A DNA stretch of 64,000 nt from Octopus bimaculoides (GCF_001194135.2 NC_068994.1:39733882-39797881); one strand, 5' to 3'. Shown: positions 26,394 to 39,885, numbered from the stretch's first letter. Numbers and translations are program-made. The notes: a model not told the origin generated them from the sequence alone.

Positions 26394-26710
26394 CTCAATT
26401 TTTAATCAATTTAGATTGTAGAGTTGTCTTCCTTGCCTTTTATGACAAGGATTATAATTAACACTAGTAATCTTTCTCTTCATTACATGTGTAATTTTAA
26501 TTGATTAATAATATTTTTGTTCTCAGTAACTATATTAAGCATTAAGCATGAAAGCATGTTGATTCTTATTTATCAACTAATTTTTCAAGCTACCTATGAA
26601 ATTGATATCACTTAGTATTGTCTTGTATTGTCCTTAGTATATTATGTATGTATGAATATATGTGTGTGTGTATGTGTGTGTATATCTATATCTATCTATC
26701 TCTCTCTCTC

Positions 26711-26757
<47 letters not shown>

Positions 26758-27682
26758 ATATAGATATATAACTGTATGTATGTAAGTATACATACATATA
26801 TATATATATATTACTACATGTCCTTGACAACCTTTATGCTATCTCTTCTTTTTTTTTCTTTTTTTGTCTTCACTGCTTTTTCAAGAATGTCAGCTAAGAT
26901 ATATATACAACATGTTCTTCTTTCCTTCTTTTCATTTATTGAGAAAAATATTGTAAAGCAAAAGATGTGCCAGGTATTGCTAAGCCTCTTCGTGGTGGTC
27001 CATGGCCTTTGCCAAGTCAGCGCTACGTACTTTAGTCAATGACGGCCTTTTGCTTTAGCATTGATAGCTTTTGCGGGACTGATGCCAGATGTGTCACTGC
27101 CTACTCTAAGGATATTTTGCAACTTCAAAAAGCTTTGCCTCAAGCACAAATAGATTCTTCCATAACAGATATTGCAGAGCAACTAAATATCTAGTAATGC
27201 ATATTGCCTTATCGATGCTGTTTACATTGATTTATGATGAATGATAGGGAAGAAAAATATTGCAATAAATATATTTTCTTAGACAAAGTAAACACTGTTT
27301 ATAATTTGAACCAATAAACTATATCTTAATGTATGCAAACATATGTTCCTATCATTGATGTTATTCCTACTACTGTTGCAGATGATGATGGTGGTGGTTT
27401 TGGCAGTGGTGGTGATGATGATGGCAATAAAGGTGATGACAGTCATGTAAATGAGAAGTAAGATTATAATAATAAGAATGAATAGGTGAGGAATGCAAGG
27501 AGAAATGTTGTTATTATTATATGACAATATTTAGTGATGGCCATAGAGACAAATTTCTGATTACATTACATAGATGTATGAAAGAACATAAAAATATATT
27601 TCAAGAAATAAATACTGATATTTAGAAAGAATATATAAGATTTAAATGTAAATTAAATTTTCAGCAAAATCATGTATATATG

Positions 27683-27785
<103 letters not shown>

Positions 27786-27834
27786 CTATGTATGTATAGA
27801 TAATGTGTATATTACATGTATATATATATATGTG

Positions 27835-27877
<43 letters not shown>

Positions 27878-29469
27878 AAGTTATATAAGCATAGTAGAAG
27901 CAATGAGGCTAGCAACATATGTTATACTAATTAACATTTAAACATCTTTTGATTTATAACTGACTGTTAAAGTGGAACATATTTAATTAGATAGCTGGCT
28001 TAATCACCATAACTTTATAATTATATTTGAATCTTTAACGAGCAACAAACAGTGTATGAGCCATAGTTACTCTTTTCCAAGGGAATAAAGTAATTTTGTG
28101 ATCTCATTGCTGAAGTAAATAACCCTTTACCGCAAAACATCCATCCCTATCACATAGATTAAAAATATATACCAATACATTCTTACTATAGCTTTTCCAT
28201 GAGTATCAAAGATGCATTATAGCCACTAAAGCCCCCAGACAAAAGATTCACTCACAAACAATTACTGTGTTATCATTAAACACAGCCGTCCTTATGCATA
28301 ATCACTGTTTTCACTGCTATGTTGAGATTGATTAAAAAGAAAAAGAAAAAGAAAAAGTAAATGAGAAATGAAGAATAAAAAAAACAAAAATTATGCTAAC
28401 TCTCTTTTGCTTTGATTGATTGCACTACATTTTCATTTCAATTAAATGTAAGCTCAAATGGCTGAATTATTTGAAAGTAGTATTCGAAGGGAAATTTTTC
28501 TGTTATGGCGTGTTAGTAATGATTTCATATAATGTGGAATTATTAAATATGTATTTAGAATACATTTATGGATAAAATGTGAAAGATCTTTAATGTGAAA
28601 TGTTGACAAAGATAATCAAGATAGTTTAATAGCAAAAATTCAAATAAAAGTTCATATAGCTTTGTGTTGTTCACTAACACAGATTAATATACTTTCATGT
28701 TAAACTCTAAAACAGAAAAAAAAAAGGTTAATATACATTATTGTTAAACCTTTTCAATAGCATTAGTTTTAATGTTTAAACTTCAATAAAAGCTGATAGT
28801 TGTCAATTTTAAACATAATAATAGAAATAATTCCAATTGTAGGTGTTCTTCAATGATGCATTACATTCAATCTAGTTGATATTCAATAAAAGCAGTTGTC
28901 ATTTGAAGTGTGTTCCTAGTTACATTTGCTATGTAATGAAGTATTCAGCCTTGCAGGAAAACACACGTGCACACACACAAACACACACATACATTCATAT
29001 ACACACACACACAAACACACACATACATTCATATACACACAAACAAAATGTATTTAAAATGCTGTCATACTGACCTCTATCTCGTATTATATTTATAAGT
29101 CTCTTGGGTTTTGAACTCCGGTGAATACTTCGGTGGGTTACAGATTAATTTGATTTAATGAGGGATGTTCAATATGATTTTTTTTTTTAAATGAAAAAGT
29201 ATTTACATGCATAAAGAAATATTTTGGTTGTATGTATGTAGGTATATATACATGAAAGTATGTAAGCATGTATGTGTGTGAATTGTGTGCATGTATGCGC
29301 ACATGTGTGTGTGCATGTGTGCTTGTGTGTATCTGTGTGTGTGCATGTATCTTCAAGTGTATGTTTGTGTGTTTTTCTGTGTATGCACAAAATAAGCATT
29401 GCAAGTGTCTGAGTTTATATTGCGATCACTGTATGAAGTCTGTCTCAAGTCTGCAAATACATTAGGCCA

Positions 29470-29690
29470 GAGCTTATCCAGGGTTCCTTGGTGTATAAGT
29501 AATTGAGAGGAGAAGCCACCCTCCCAGATGTGATTCTAGTCCATGACAGAGGTTATCCCAAAACTGCTTCCCAGGTTTTGTTGGAAATCATTCTCAGGTC
29601 AGTGGACAGGAGCAATGTGAAATGAAGTGTTTTGCTCAAGGATACAACATGCTACCCAGTAGCATCGTCCCATATGGGTCAGCCACATTT
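29470..29690 (-). mobile_element. SINE with the family B core but a different tail
   Basis: agtggacaggagcaatgtgaaatgaagtgttttgctcaagg core joined to an unrelated left segment. Confidence 0.6.
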
Positions 29691-30260
29691 AGGTGGCAAA
29701 TAGACTTCACAATGTCATGCTGCTACTGTTTAATTCTCGCTCAGAGATTTATAATTATATATATANNNNNNNNNNNNNNNNNNNNNNNNNNNNNNNNNNN
29801 NNNNNNNNNNNNNNNNNNNNNNNNNNNNNNNNNNNNNNNNNNNNNNNNNNNNNNNNNNNNNNNNNNNNNNNNNNNNNNNNNNNNNNNNNNNNNNNNNNNN
29901 NNNNNNNNNNNNNNNNNNNNNNNNNNNNNNNNNNNNNNNNNNNNNNNNNNNNNNNNNNNNNNNNNNNNNNNNNNNNNNNNNNNNNNNNNNNNNNNNNNNN
30001 NNNNNNNNNNNNNNNNNNNNNNNNNNNNNNNNNNNNNNNNNNNNNNNNNNNNNNNNNNNNNNNNNNNNNNNNNNNNNNNNNNNNNNNNNNNNNNNNNNNN
30101 NNNNNNNNNNNNNNNNNNNNNNNNNNNNNNNNNNNNNNNNNNNNNNNNNNNNNNNNNNNNNNNNNNNNNNNNNNNNNNNNNNNNNNNNNNNNNNNNNNNN
30201 NNNNNNNNNNNNNNNNNNNNNNNNNNNNNNNNNNNNNNNNNNNNNNNNNNNNNNNNNNNN

Positions 30261-30298
<38 letters not shown>

Positions 30299-30344
30299 CA
30301 GATAGATAGATACATAGATAGATATATAGATAGATAGATACAAC

Positions 30345-30455
30345 CGGCTTCTTTCAGTTTCCGTCTACCAAATCCACTCAGAAGGCTTTGGTCAGCCCAA
30401 GGCTATAATAGAAGACACATGCTTAGGGTGCTACACAGTGGGATTGAACCCCTGG
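30345..30455 (-). mobile_element. SINE family A fragment
   Basis: ggcttctttcagtttccgtctaccaaatccactc. Confidence 0.85.
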
Positions 30456-31295
30456 TAGATAATTTTTCCAAACCTTATACATATGTATTTCCAAAGTGAA
30501 TATCTTTACATAACAAACCTTAGCTCTACAGATATTTGCTAATGTGGGAGAAAAAAATGGAATGTATGTAACACATGTCAATGTCGATACACATTTGCTG
30601 AAAGGTAACTGTCTTAAAGATCAAACTAACATAGATATTTTTCTATTATGAATTCTATAACCCACACCGATGGATCTCAATACATAGTAATGTTTTCCAT
30701 CATCTCAAAATTTTAAAGCATGATAATAAGAGTGACATAACAACATTTTATTTTATTTATTTTATTTTTTTGTTTTTTGACTAATGTCAAAACTCAGTAG
30801 TGTTGCTTGCAAGATAACCGGTCATGCCAAACCATGAAAACAGCGAAAGAAATCTCTCTGAATGTCAAATTTTTGAGACATCATATATATGTCAGCTATT
30901 CATATTTTAACATCATTCACCTTTCATCTTCAGTACATGCAAAATGAATAAAAGAGATGTAGTAAAACAAAAAGTATGAGTTGCATTTTTGTTTTAAAAA
31001 CATTAAAAAAAATTATGCAAAGAAACTTGAGTTGCTCTTATTTACTTTTACCAATATGTTGTCAACAAATATATATATAGATAATACTAACATTTGGGTT
31101 TAAAAAAATTGAGCTATGACTTATTTTACTTTTAACATAATAGGTTTTGGATTCAAACCTTGCTACAGTTGTTGTGTCTTGTATATTCAGGGCATGGTAT
31201 ATTTCCCTGTCTGCTCCAGTCTACCTTGCAGAAGACTGATAAATAGATTCATCAACAAAATGACGATGATGATAATTATGATGATGAACACAATC

Positions 31296-31521
31296 ATGAT
31301 CATCATCATCGTCCGCACCACTATTTAGCATCTGTTTTCCAGGCTGTCATTGGTTGGCCGATTCAACAAGAGTTGGTGAGCCAGAGGACTGCACCAAGCT
31401 AGCTTCAATGGTTCCTATGACTGGATGCCCTTTCTAATGCTAATCGGTTTACACATTGTATTGAGTACGTTTTACATGATACTGGCACTTGTGAGGTCAC
31501 CAAGTAATTTGCAAGACAAGG
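31296..31521 (-). mobile_element. RTE-tailed element
   Basis: (CAT)n tail, ctggatgccctttctaatgc, gtgaggtcaccaag. Confidence 0.75.
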
Positions 31522-31589
31522 CCTATCCATAATGAAGGGTCTTCGTGCACATCTGCATGTGTATATGTAGCTGTATATAACTACATACA

Positions 31590-31720
31590 CACACACACAT
31601 GCACAGACACATACACACCTGCACTCCCTACACACATATACACATACATACACACACACACATGCACAGACACATACACACCTGCACTCCCTACACACAT
31701 ATACACATACATACACACAA
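31590..31720. repeat. Two-unit ~62-bp CA-rich minisatellite
   Basis: catgcacagacacatacacacctgcactccctacacacatatacacatacatac twice. Confidence 0.9.
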
Positions 31721-33351
31721 CATATAGACACACATGCACACACACACATACACACAAGATACACACTACATACACACACACATGTAGTTTATATATAGAG
31801 CACGTTGATATGGTTGCTTTAACTCCTGGAGGTAGGTACCAAATCTCCCTCCAATTTAACTTAATAAAAATAAATTTGCAAAAAATAGTCGTGGTTACAT
31901 AAAAAAAAATGAAACGGCTGTGTCTGTAATGCTTTTGATAATAGGCCTGTTCAATCAGCTAAACACCAAGGAAACACTATCATATTAAAACACATTCTCT
32001 TTGAAAATTTCTAATAAACTTTAAAGGCACACTGAATTGTAGAATTAGCTAGAAAAACTAATGCTGTAGTTTTAACATTAAACTTCTATAAACAGTAGTT
32101 GGTCACATGTAACTCATCTAGACATCTGGTGTTTTGATATTATCTGATATCATTCTCTTGCAACTATAGAGATTCATTTTTATCATAATTTGGTTTTGAA
32201 ATTGGGTTTTAACCATTTCAGCTATAAGACAGTAATGAACCGATAACTTCTTAGAAGTGTCGCGATAAGTGACAACTTCATGTTAGAAACCTAAAATTTC
32301 TGACTCAATAACAGATATTTATCTTTTATCAAGTGTATCTTAGAATTCTTACAAACAAGTAAAATGAAATATCTACTACAAGCTAGTAATAAACTTGATT
32401 CTTCTGTCTAACACCTTGTCTGCAAAGATAGTAGCTGATATCTTTGAAAACATATCAAAAGGAAACTAGTTAGGAAAGTTTACTGGATTGTGAGCTTGAT
32501 AAGTGATTTGAAAAAAGACACATTGTAATTTTCTTATAGCATTTAAATCAAGCGTGTAAACAAAGTGAGAGGAGAGATGGACAGGGAAAGGGAATTTATC
32601 TTGGATCACTCTGAAGAATTCATCCTTCATTTTGGCAAGTTACAAACAAGCATTTAAAAGAAATAGAATTAATAAATAGTAATTTCTTATTTTCCAGTTG
32701 TGTGAATTTTCATTAATTATAAAAACAAATGGTAATTAATTTACTAATGTATATAATGTCCTAAATTAGTTCAATGATCAAAACATGACATAGGCAAGAT
32801 CATAGAATAAGGTCATTTATTACGGTAGTAGTATCCAGATGGTGCACTGTGGCACAACTAAGTGTTTTGAGAAAATTATGAAAATTATATTAAAAGAAGA
32901 AGAGAATAATACAAGCTAAAATTAGAAATATAAAGTTTTCATAACTATATTTTATCTGTTGAATAAAAAAATGTAGTTTAAGGCTTCCTGCAGTATAAAT
33001 AATTTATATCTATAGGCTAAAATATATAGAACTCATTTTTTAATACATTTTCTTTGACATTAGACACAAAATGTACCAAAATAGTCTTTTATCATAAAAA
33101 GTAATAACACAACAACAACAATAACAACAAGCATTTTCAAATCCATTTTCTCTGCTAATGCAAGGGGCAAAAGAGAAGAAGACTATCATGTGGCTTACAA
33201 GACCCTATGACAGTCTTTTCCATTTTGCCCTACATCTTCCTTCATCAGCCTTTGTGTCTTGATTTGAATTAAGTACAAATGTATATCTATACATGTAATA
33301 TGAAGTAACAAAATGTGTCAGGGATAGGAAAGGCATCTTACACATAAATTG

Positions 33352-33674
33352 ACACTCTGTCAGTTATGATGATGATTGTTCCACTTGATCTCATCAATGG
33401 AACAGCCTGCTCATGAAATTAACATGCAAGTGACTGAGCAGTCCACAGATACATGTACACTTAATGTAGTTCTCAGGGAAACTCAGTATAACACACTAAA
33501 TATGACAAGGCTAGCCCTTTGAATTACAAGTACAACTCATTTTTGCCAGCTGAATGGACTGGAGCAATGTGAAAGTAAAGTGTCTTGCTCAAGGACAATG
33601 CACCACCAGGAACTGAACTCCTGACCTTACAATCATGAGTCAAATACCCTAACCACTAAGCCACACATGTTTAC
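33352..33674 (-). mobile_element. SINE family B, full length
   Basis: Same head, core and tail as 3300-3581. Confidence 0.88.
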
Positions 33675-33923
33675 AGGGAAGGTTTCTAAATGCAATACAA
33701 AACACTGCAGCAAAAATAGGCCTCATGATAATTTTCTGTAAAGTGTATAGTGAATAAAAAAAAAAAGTTTAAGAACCACTGGTCGAAATCTTCATCCATT
33801 TTTATGATCAGAGCTATGATCAAAAGAATTCTAACCATGACCATTCTATCTTTTTTAGTGGATATCAAGAACTACTTCAAAATATTAATTTTCAGTTTGA
33901 ATTCAAAGTCTAACAGCATGCAT

Positions 33924-34120
33924 ATTACATCGTGGGATAAGGTTATGCAGGTAATATCACGGAATAAGGCATTGCATGTAAGATCATGGAATAGGGTCAT
34001 ATGTGTAAGATCATGGAATAACATCACACATTTAAGATCATTGAATACGATCATACACATGAGATCATGTTAGTTCACTCATGTAAGATTATGGAATTAG
34101 GTCATATGTAATATTATAAA
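33924..34120. repeat. Degenerate 27-bp minisatellite, about 7 units
   Basis: Units start at 33924, 33951, 33978, 34005, 34032, 34059 and 34083; consensus gtaagatcatggaata + variable 11 nt. Confidence 0.9.
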
Positions 34121-34258
34121 AAAGACACTTAAAAATGTAGTACACATTATTTTTTGAGAAAATAGCAAATGAATAATTTTTTCTAGGGCAGTTAATATTA
34201 GTTTACTCAAAATTAAGAAACCACTGCTTTTAACTCCATCATTTTCAATTATTCTTAC

Positions 34259-34315
34259 CTTAGCATCTATCTGTCTTTTCTGCCACTGAATGGCTGGAAA
34301 GTGAGTGTCTAAAAG
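34259..34315 (-). CDS. Candidate small exon 3 of the main protocadherin (57 nt, LLDTHFPAIQWQKRQIDAK; or 27 nt from 34285)
   Basis: Strong donor AAG|GTAAGA at 34259/34258. Acceptor AGs at 34316 and 34286 give open phase 0-0 exons about 200 nt after the main donor; the two other AGs give stops. Confidence 0.33.
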
Positions 34316-34519
34316 CTATTATAAGAATATCTATTTAAAGTAAATTAAAATCAATGTTGGGGGTTTGAACCCACTGTAAATAGACAGGACGGTCATGATA
34401 AAAATGTTTTAGATCATTAGTCAAATTTATCCGGGGTGACCTAGGGCAAAACAGTAACAAAAACAACAGCAACAACATAAATTTAATTAGTGAAATAATA
34501 ATGTTGAATTGTCACTCAC

Positions 34520-36940
34520 TTGTGATGTTTCTTCAGTGGTAGCTGGCCAAGGAATTCCTGTTTGCAAACTTTCTCTGTTAGGATTCATTTGTCTCCTTGC
34601 ACTCACAAGTTGTTGCATTTTGCTTTCCTCACCAGAAAGTGTTGTCACTGGGACATCATATTGGAATGACATAGGCTCCCCTAAATCAGTTTGGTGGTTA
34701 TCATCTGAACTACGATAAGACATGTTTGTCCCACGTCTTAGTTTAGAATTTTTATTATTACTGCCTTTTACAATGCAAATTGTTATAGACACAACGAGTA
34801 CAACAGATACTGCTACCGCTGCAACAATGATAATGATGAATAAATTAATATGTATTTTGTTGTCAGACTGTGTATCAATAGCAGTGAATAATTTAGCTGT
34901 TGTATTACTTACAGTTAGAGTTAAAGATAGTGTTGTTGTTGCTGATAAGCTTGGTGTGCCACTGTCTTTGACAGCCAAATGAAGCTCAAATGACCCAGCA
35001 TCATTTTGATGAACTGGCCGAGAGAATGACAAAACTCCTGTGTAAGGATTAATAGCAAATAAATATTTAGTATTGCCTCCTCGAAGTTCATATTTAAGAA
35101 AAGCATTTTGTCGACTGTCTCGGTCTGCAGCTCTTAATGTTGTAATGTCACTTTTACTCTGTGGATGGTAGTGAACATCAAGACTGAATGGGTTAACACT
35201 GGGAAAGATGAAATATGGTGCATTGTCATTTTCGTCCATAATTTCCACAATAACCTTTGCTGTGTCATTAAGTGATGGTACCCCATTGTCTTTAACTAAA
35301 ACTTTGAACTCATAAATTTCTTGCTGTTCACGGTCCAACAATTTTGTAGTAGAGATAAATCCAAAATTAGATATTTCAAAAGGAAGAAAATGTCTATTGC
35401 TTTTGAATATCGTGTAAGTAAGATGACCTCCAGGTCCCAAATCAGGATCAGTAGCATTAACAAAGCCAACAGGAAAATTTGGCCTTTCATTCTCATAAGT
35501 TAGAAATTTAAAAGTATCTTTTGTGAATTGTGGTTGTACATCATTGACATCTATCACTTGAATGGAGAACTTTCTTTCTGTTTTCAGCGGAGGAGATCCT
35601 TTGTCTTGACAAGTTATAGTAAAATTTATATATTTCTCAATCTCTCTGTCAACACGATTTTTTATAACCACTTTATATTTCTTTATTCCTCGACTCTGTA
35701 GTTGAAATTTATCACTGTCAAGATTACAGCTGATCTCTCCATTTTCTCCAATGTCATTATCAATAATTTTCAGATAAGCTATAAAGTTGCCAACTTGTAT
35801 ATCTTCAGAAATCATGGCAGTGCTTCCTGATGACTCTGAGAAGAAATTCATATCAATAGTTGGTGCATTGTTCTGTTGATTGATAATATTTACAAGTATA
35901 ACAACAATTGAACTCAAAGGTGGGCTACCTTCATCCCTGGCTTCAATAAATAACTTAAATCTTTTTCTCTTTTCCTGACTATATTGTTCATTAAGGAAAA
36001 TTTCTCCAGTTATTTCATTTAATCTGAAGTATGTTTTAACCAATTCCGAAGTTTTAGAACTAAAATAATATTGAACCTTGCTGTTTTTACCAGAATCCAT
36101 GTCTGTTGCAACAATCATTACAATTGGCCTATCTAGTTGGTGTTGGTTGTTAATGGTAACATTATAGAGATTTTGAGAGAATACTGGAGAATTATCATTT
36201 ATATCTCCTACAGATATTTCAACTTGCAATGTGCCTTGGTTCTGTGGAAAACCTCCATCTTTAGCAATGACTTCTAACATATAGGTCTCTTGTATCTCTC
36301 TGTCTAACTTATTTTCTAAAGTGATTCCAAGGGAATAAGAACCATCAACCCTTTTTGAAAGGGCAAGTGAAAACGGATCATCATGATTTTTTATTAATTC
36401 ATAGTTGATCTGGGAATTCAATAAGCCAACATCACTGTCAATAGCATTAGGAATTGATTTAGTCATTCCTTTTCGATCCCCTTCAGAGAATTGAAGCTGA
36501 ATTAGTCTGTTAGGAAATTCAGGCCGATGGTCATTGATATCTTCTATAATTACCTTGATTTCTAATATTTTAATGAAAAATTTTTCTCTTTGCACAGCAA
36601 CATCAAGCATTTTAAAGCATTCTTTATTGTAGCTACAAAGTGTCTCTGCATCTAGAGTCTGTGTTGTGTATAGTTTTCCTCTTTTGGTGACATTGAATAA
36701 CTGAGGAATGTCAGAATTATGTTTTATTTGGCTGAAACTTATATGACCTTTGACTGGAAATGTTTCTACAAAATGTGTATCGATGTCAATATCTCCAATA
36801 TAAGTATTAGATCTTTTACCTTCTTCAACATGGTAAGTCACATCAACACAGAGACAAGATGTTATAAAGATCATGAGAAAAATCAACGGCATCAACATAT
36901 CGCTAGTGAAAAATGTTGCTAAGCAACAGTGGTTGATCAT
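34520..36940 (-). CDS. Pcdh: Protocadherin, main coding exon: signal peptide, EC1-EC6, TM, proximal cytoplasmic tail; continues into unidentified downstream exon(s)
   Basis: ORF 34487..37156 has linkers DINDHRP, DINDNSP, NQQNNAP, DVNDVQP, DENDNAP, DRE/DAE and DxD motifs, an EC1 C-X5-C motif (CSYNKEC, 36617-36637) and a TM at about 34769-34849. Residues 1-60 of the track ORF are intronic (acceptor below). Start is ATG 36940 or ATG 36898 (MLMPLIFLMIFITSCLC signal peptide). Phase-0 donor CAA|GTGAGT at 34520/34519. Confidence 0.96.
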
Positions 36941-36977
36941 TTTTAAAGAGAGGGCCTCATGTGATGGTTCAGAAAAT

Positions 36978-37005
36978 CTGCAACTGACAAAAAAGAAAAT
37001 AAACA
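36978..37005 (-). other. 3' splice site of the protocadherin main exon, with tandem AGs 6 nt apart
   Basis: Minus strand reads tttattttcttttttgtCAG|ttgCAG|attttctg; the exon starts at 36983 or 36977. Confidence 0.75.
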
Positions 37006-38684
37006 AATTGTGTTTATATTGAGAATATATACTTTCTTTCCAAAATACTTTTAAGGAGTGTTTTAAAAAAGTGTGTTTATACCCCATGTCATGCAGCAGA
37101 AATAGTGATAAGAAAAATTCATGAGAATTCATTCCTTCAAGAAGACACATATACAAAATTGATATGTTCGAATGTAGTTATTTAGCAAGAGAAAAGCTTT
37201 ATAGATATATATGTATATTTTTAACTATATTTTCTGGACTTGAAGGTGATAAGAATGTACAAGTATACATAAAATATAAGTTTTATGCTTCTACAAGAAG
37301 AAAACCCTGCTGGGATGCTGCAAATGAAAAGTAAGTGTCATTGCAAGTGAAATTTTTCTTAAGACATTTTCTTTTAGCATTTCTAAATGGTGTAATAGCA
37401 AAATATCTGGCTGTGTCTTAACATCAAAAATCATCCTAATGTGTGATAAAATGTTACTATATCATGTGGAAAAGAAAAATGATAAATAAATTTTTTTAAA
37501 AACTGGTGAGAGCCTAGAAAACATTACATCTTAAGAACTGTTTCAGTAGCTGATTCACTTCTTTACATTAAATATTAAAAATGTTTAAAACTGAACAAAG
37601 TATTCAAGGTATGAATACATGCTTCACTAAAGATGATATCAATGGCTACATATAATTAAGTTAGACAGATATCTGTAATGTAAGCTGGATAATATCTAGG
37701 ACAGTTACCAACTTTCTAAATCATTGAAGTAATTCGAGAATTATTTGGAGATAGTTTTGCCGAAAAACTCATCAATTATTGGAAAAAAAACTAAAGCCAT
37801 ATCAGATACTGTTCTATCCAGTCTTCCTAAACTCTGAACCATAAAAAAGAGAAGCTAAAATAAGTAAAATATAACCATGACAAATGATTATATATATTTA
37901 TATAAACACAACATTTCTATAATTATTCATAGTATGGCTATACCAGATCAATGGTAACAATATTTATTGACAGTAGCCCAAGAAATGATTTTTGGCACAT
38001 TAATCCTATCAGTAGTCATGTCAAATATATCTGACAGAACCACATCATACCTCCTCTACACTTGTCAGCCTCTTTCACATAAAATCTCTAGGTTGCCTGC
38101 CCCTGCGAATGACAAGCAACCATTTTTGTCATCTCTTGACAAATTCAATTAACTTTCCTGATCACATTTCACTGCCTGTCTTGGAATAAAAACCTCTATA
38201 ACTCCCAGAGCAGGAAGCAAGATGGCTTAACTTAGCATTGATCAAGTTAAATTGTGTAGGATAAGTGATAAATGGGAGTCGTTTCACCTGGGATTTTTGC
38301 ATAATAAATCTTTTGTTGCCATGTAGAATCTTGAAATTAGATCAGAATAGCCAGTTGAGGCATTTCCTGCACACGGTTAATAAATAAACTTGATCAGTTT
38401 ACTTAACGTAAAGTCTAGCACAGCAAGAATATTGATGATAGTGTTGAAATGAATGAAGAAGATAAATTGAATTTATCCAGCAAGCAGTTTACCAAGCTAT
38501 GCATAGTAAATAAGAGCAAGTATAGGATTTTATCTCCCTAGTGTTCATGATAAACACATTTTATAAGTATGAAAATTTTATAAGTATGAAAAGATGAATC
38601 TATTTTATTATTTCTCAATTTACAATGAGAGTTATCAAAATACATGAGACCCAAATAATATGCATGCAAACAGATTCATTATAT

Positions 38685-38738
<54 letters not shown>

Positions 38739-38989
38739 TTATATATGTATATATATATATACATACACATATATATATATGTGTGTATATGTACATACAT
38801 ATATATATGTATGTACAACTTTACTTTGTTATATATGTATGTATATAGACATATACCTCGCTAGATAGATAGATAGAGACATACATATGACTATATATAT
38901 ATGTCTGTGTACATGTATACATAAAATACACATACGCACACATGCACACAAGCCTACAATATAAACAGACACTGTAAGTTTAGTATAGT

Positions 38990-39160
38990 TTCTGATTCTA
39001 TCCCTTCTCATTTTCTTGTTCCCTTTACTTCTCTTTGATATAGGGTATAACCCGAAACGTTAGATCTTGCTCTATTTCTTTCAGTTGGTGTATTTACTTT
39101 CATTGTCCACATTCTTTGATTGTTATTGTTTTGTTTCATTTTCCATCCATTCTTCCATCT
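38990..39160 (+). mobile_element. Second copy of the hammerhead-bearing short repeat
   Basis: tct-ttgatat-a-ggg-tataa-ccc-GAAA-CG-TT-aga at 39032-39064; flanks resemble 17236-17410. Confidence 0.45.
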
Positions 39161-39254
39161 TTTTGCTTGTCTAACTTCATTCATTATTTACTTGTTTGCC
39201 TTTTTCTTTACCCCAATCTTCTGCATTTCACATATATGTTTTTCATCTACCCAT

Positions 39255-39296
<42 letters not shown>

Positions 39297-39297
39297 T

Positions 39298-39330
<33 letters not shown>

Positions 39331-39493
39331 AGTGTGAATGTGTGTTTGTCTGTGCCTGTCTGTATATATANNNNNNNNNNNNNNNNNNNNNNNNNNNNNN
39401 NNNNNNNNNNNNNNNNNNNNNNNNNNNNNNNNNNNNNNNNNNNNNNNNNNNNNNNNNNNNNNNNNNNNNNNNNNNNNNNNNNNNNNNNNNNNN

Positions 39494-39534
<41 letters not shown>

Positions 39535-39659
39535 TCATCATCATCATCATATATATATGTATATATGCATATAAATATTTATGTAAATATGTACATAAAT
39601 AAACTTATATATGTGTTCACTTACACATACATAAATATATGTGACTATATTTTGAGTCC

Positions 39660-39885
39660 ATCATTATTATCATCATTTTTACTTTCCTTTCAAAGCTGGC
39701 ATGAGTTAGAAGCAACATTACAATCTATTCTAATTCTTATTTAGTTCTACTGCTTTCCTAGACAGGTCAGATAAATATGTCTGAAACATAGGATTTACTT
39801 TTGGTATGATTTCAATGGAAGGACACCCTTCTTAATACCACCTATACTAGAAAGGATGCTGGGTGCTGATTACAATGGCTCTCAC
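39660..39885 (-). mobile_element. Decayed RTE-tailed element
   Basis: (TCA)n tail, ggacacccttcttaatacca. Confidence 0.5.

Noticed and set aside
33924-34120. CRISPR-like repeat/spacer appearance
   Set aside because: Animal DNA, 11-nt spacers related to each other, degenerate repeats and no cas genes.
34487-34519. C-terminal VSDNSTLLFH* of the track ORF
   Set aside because: It begins with a consensus GTGAGT donor and is most likely intronic read-through.
36984-37156. First ~58 codons of the 889-aa track ORF
   Set aside because: They lie upstream of a clear polypyrimidine/AG acceptor and precede the signal peptide; open intron sequence.
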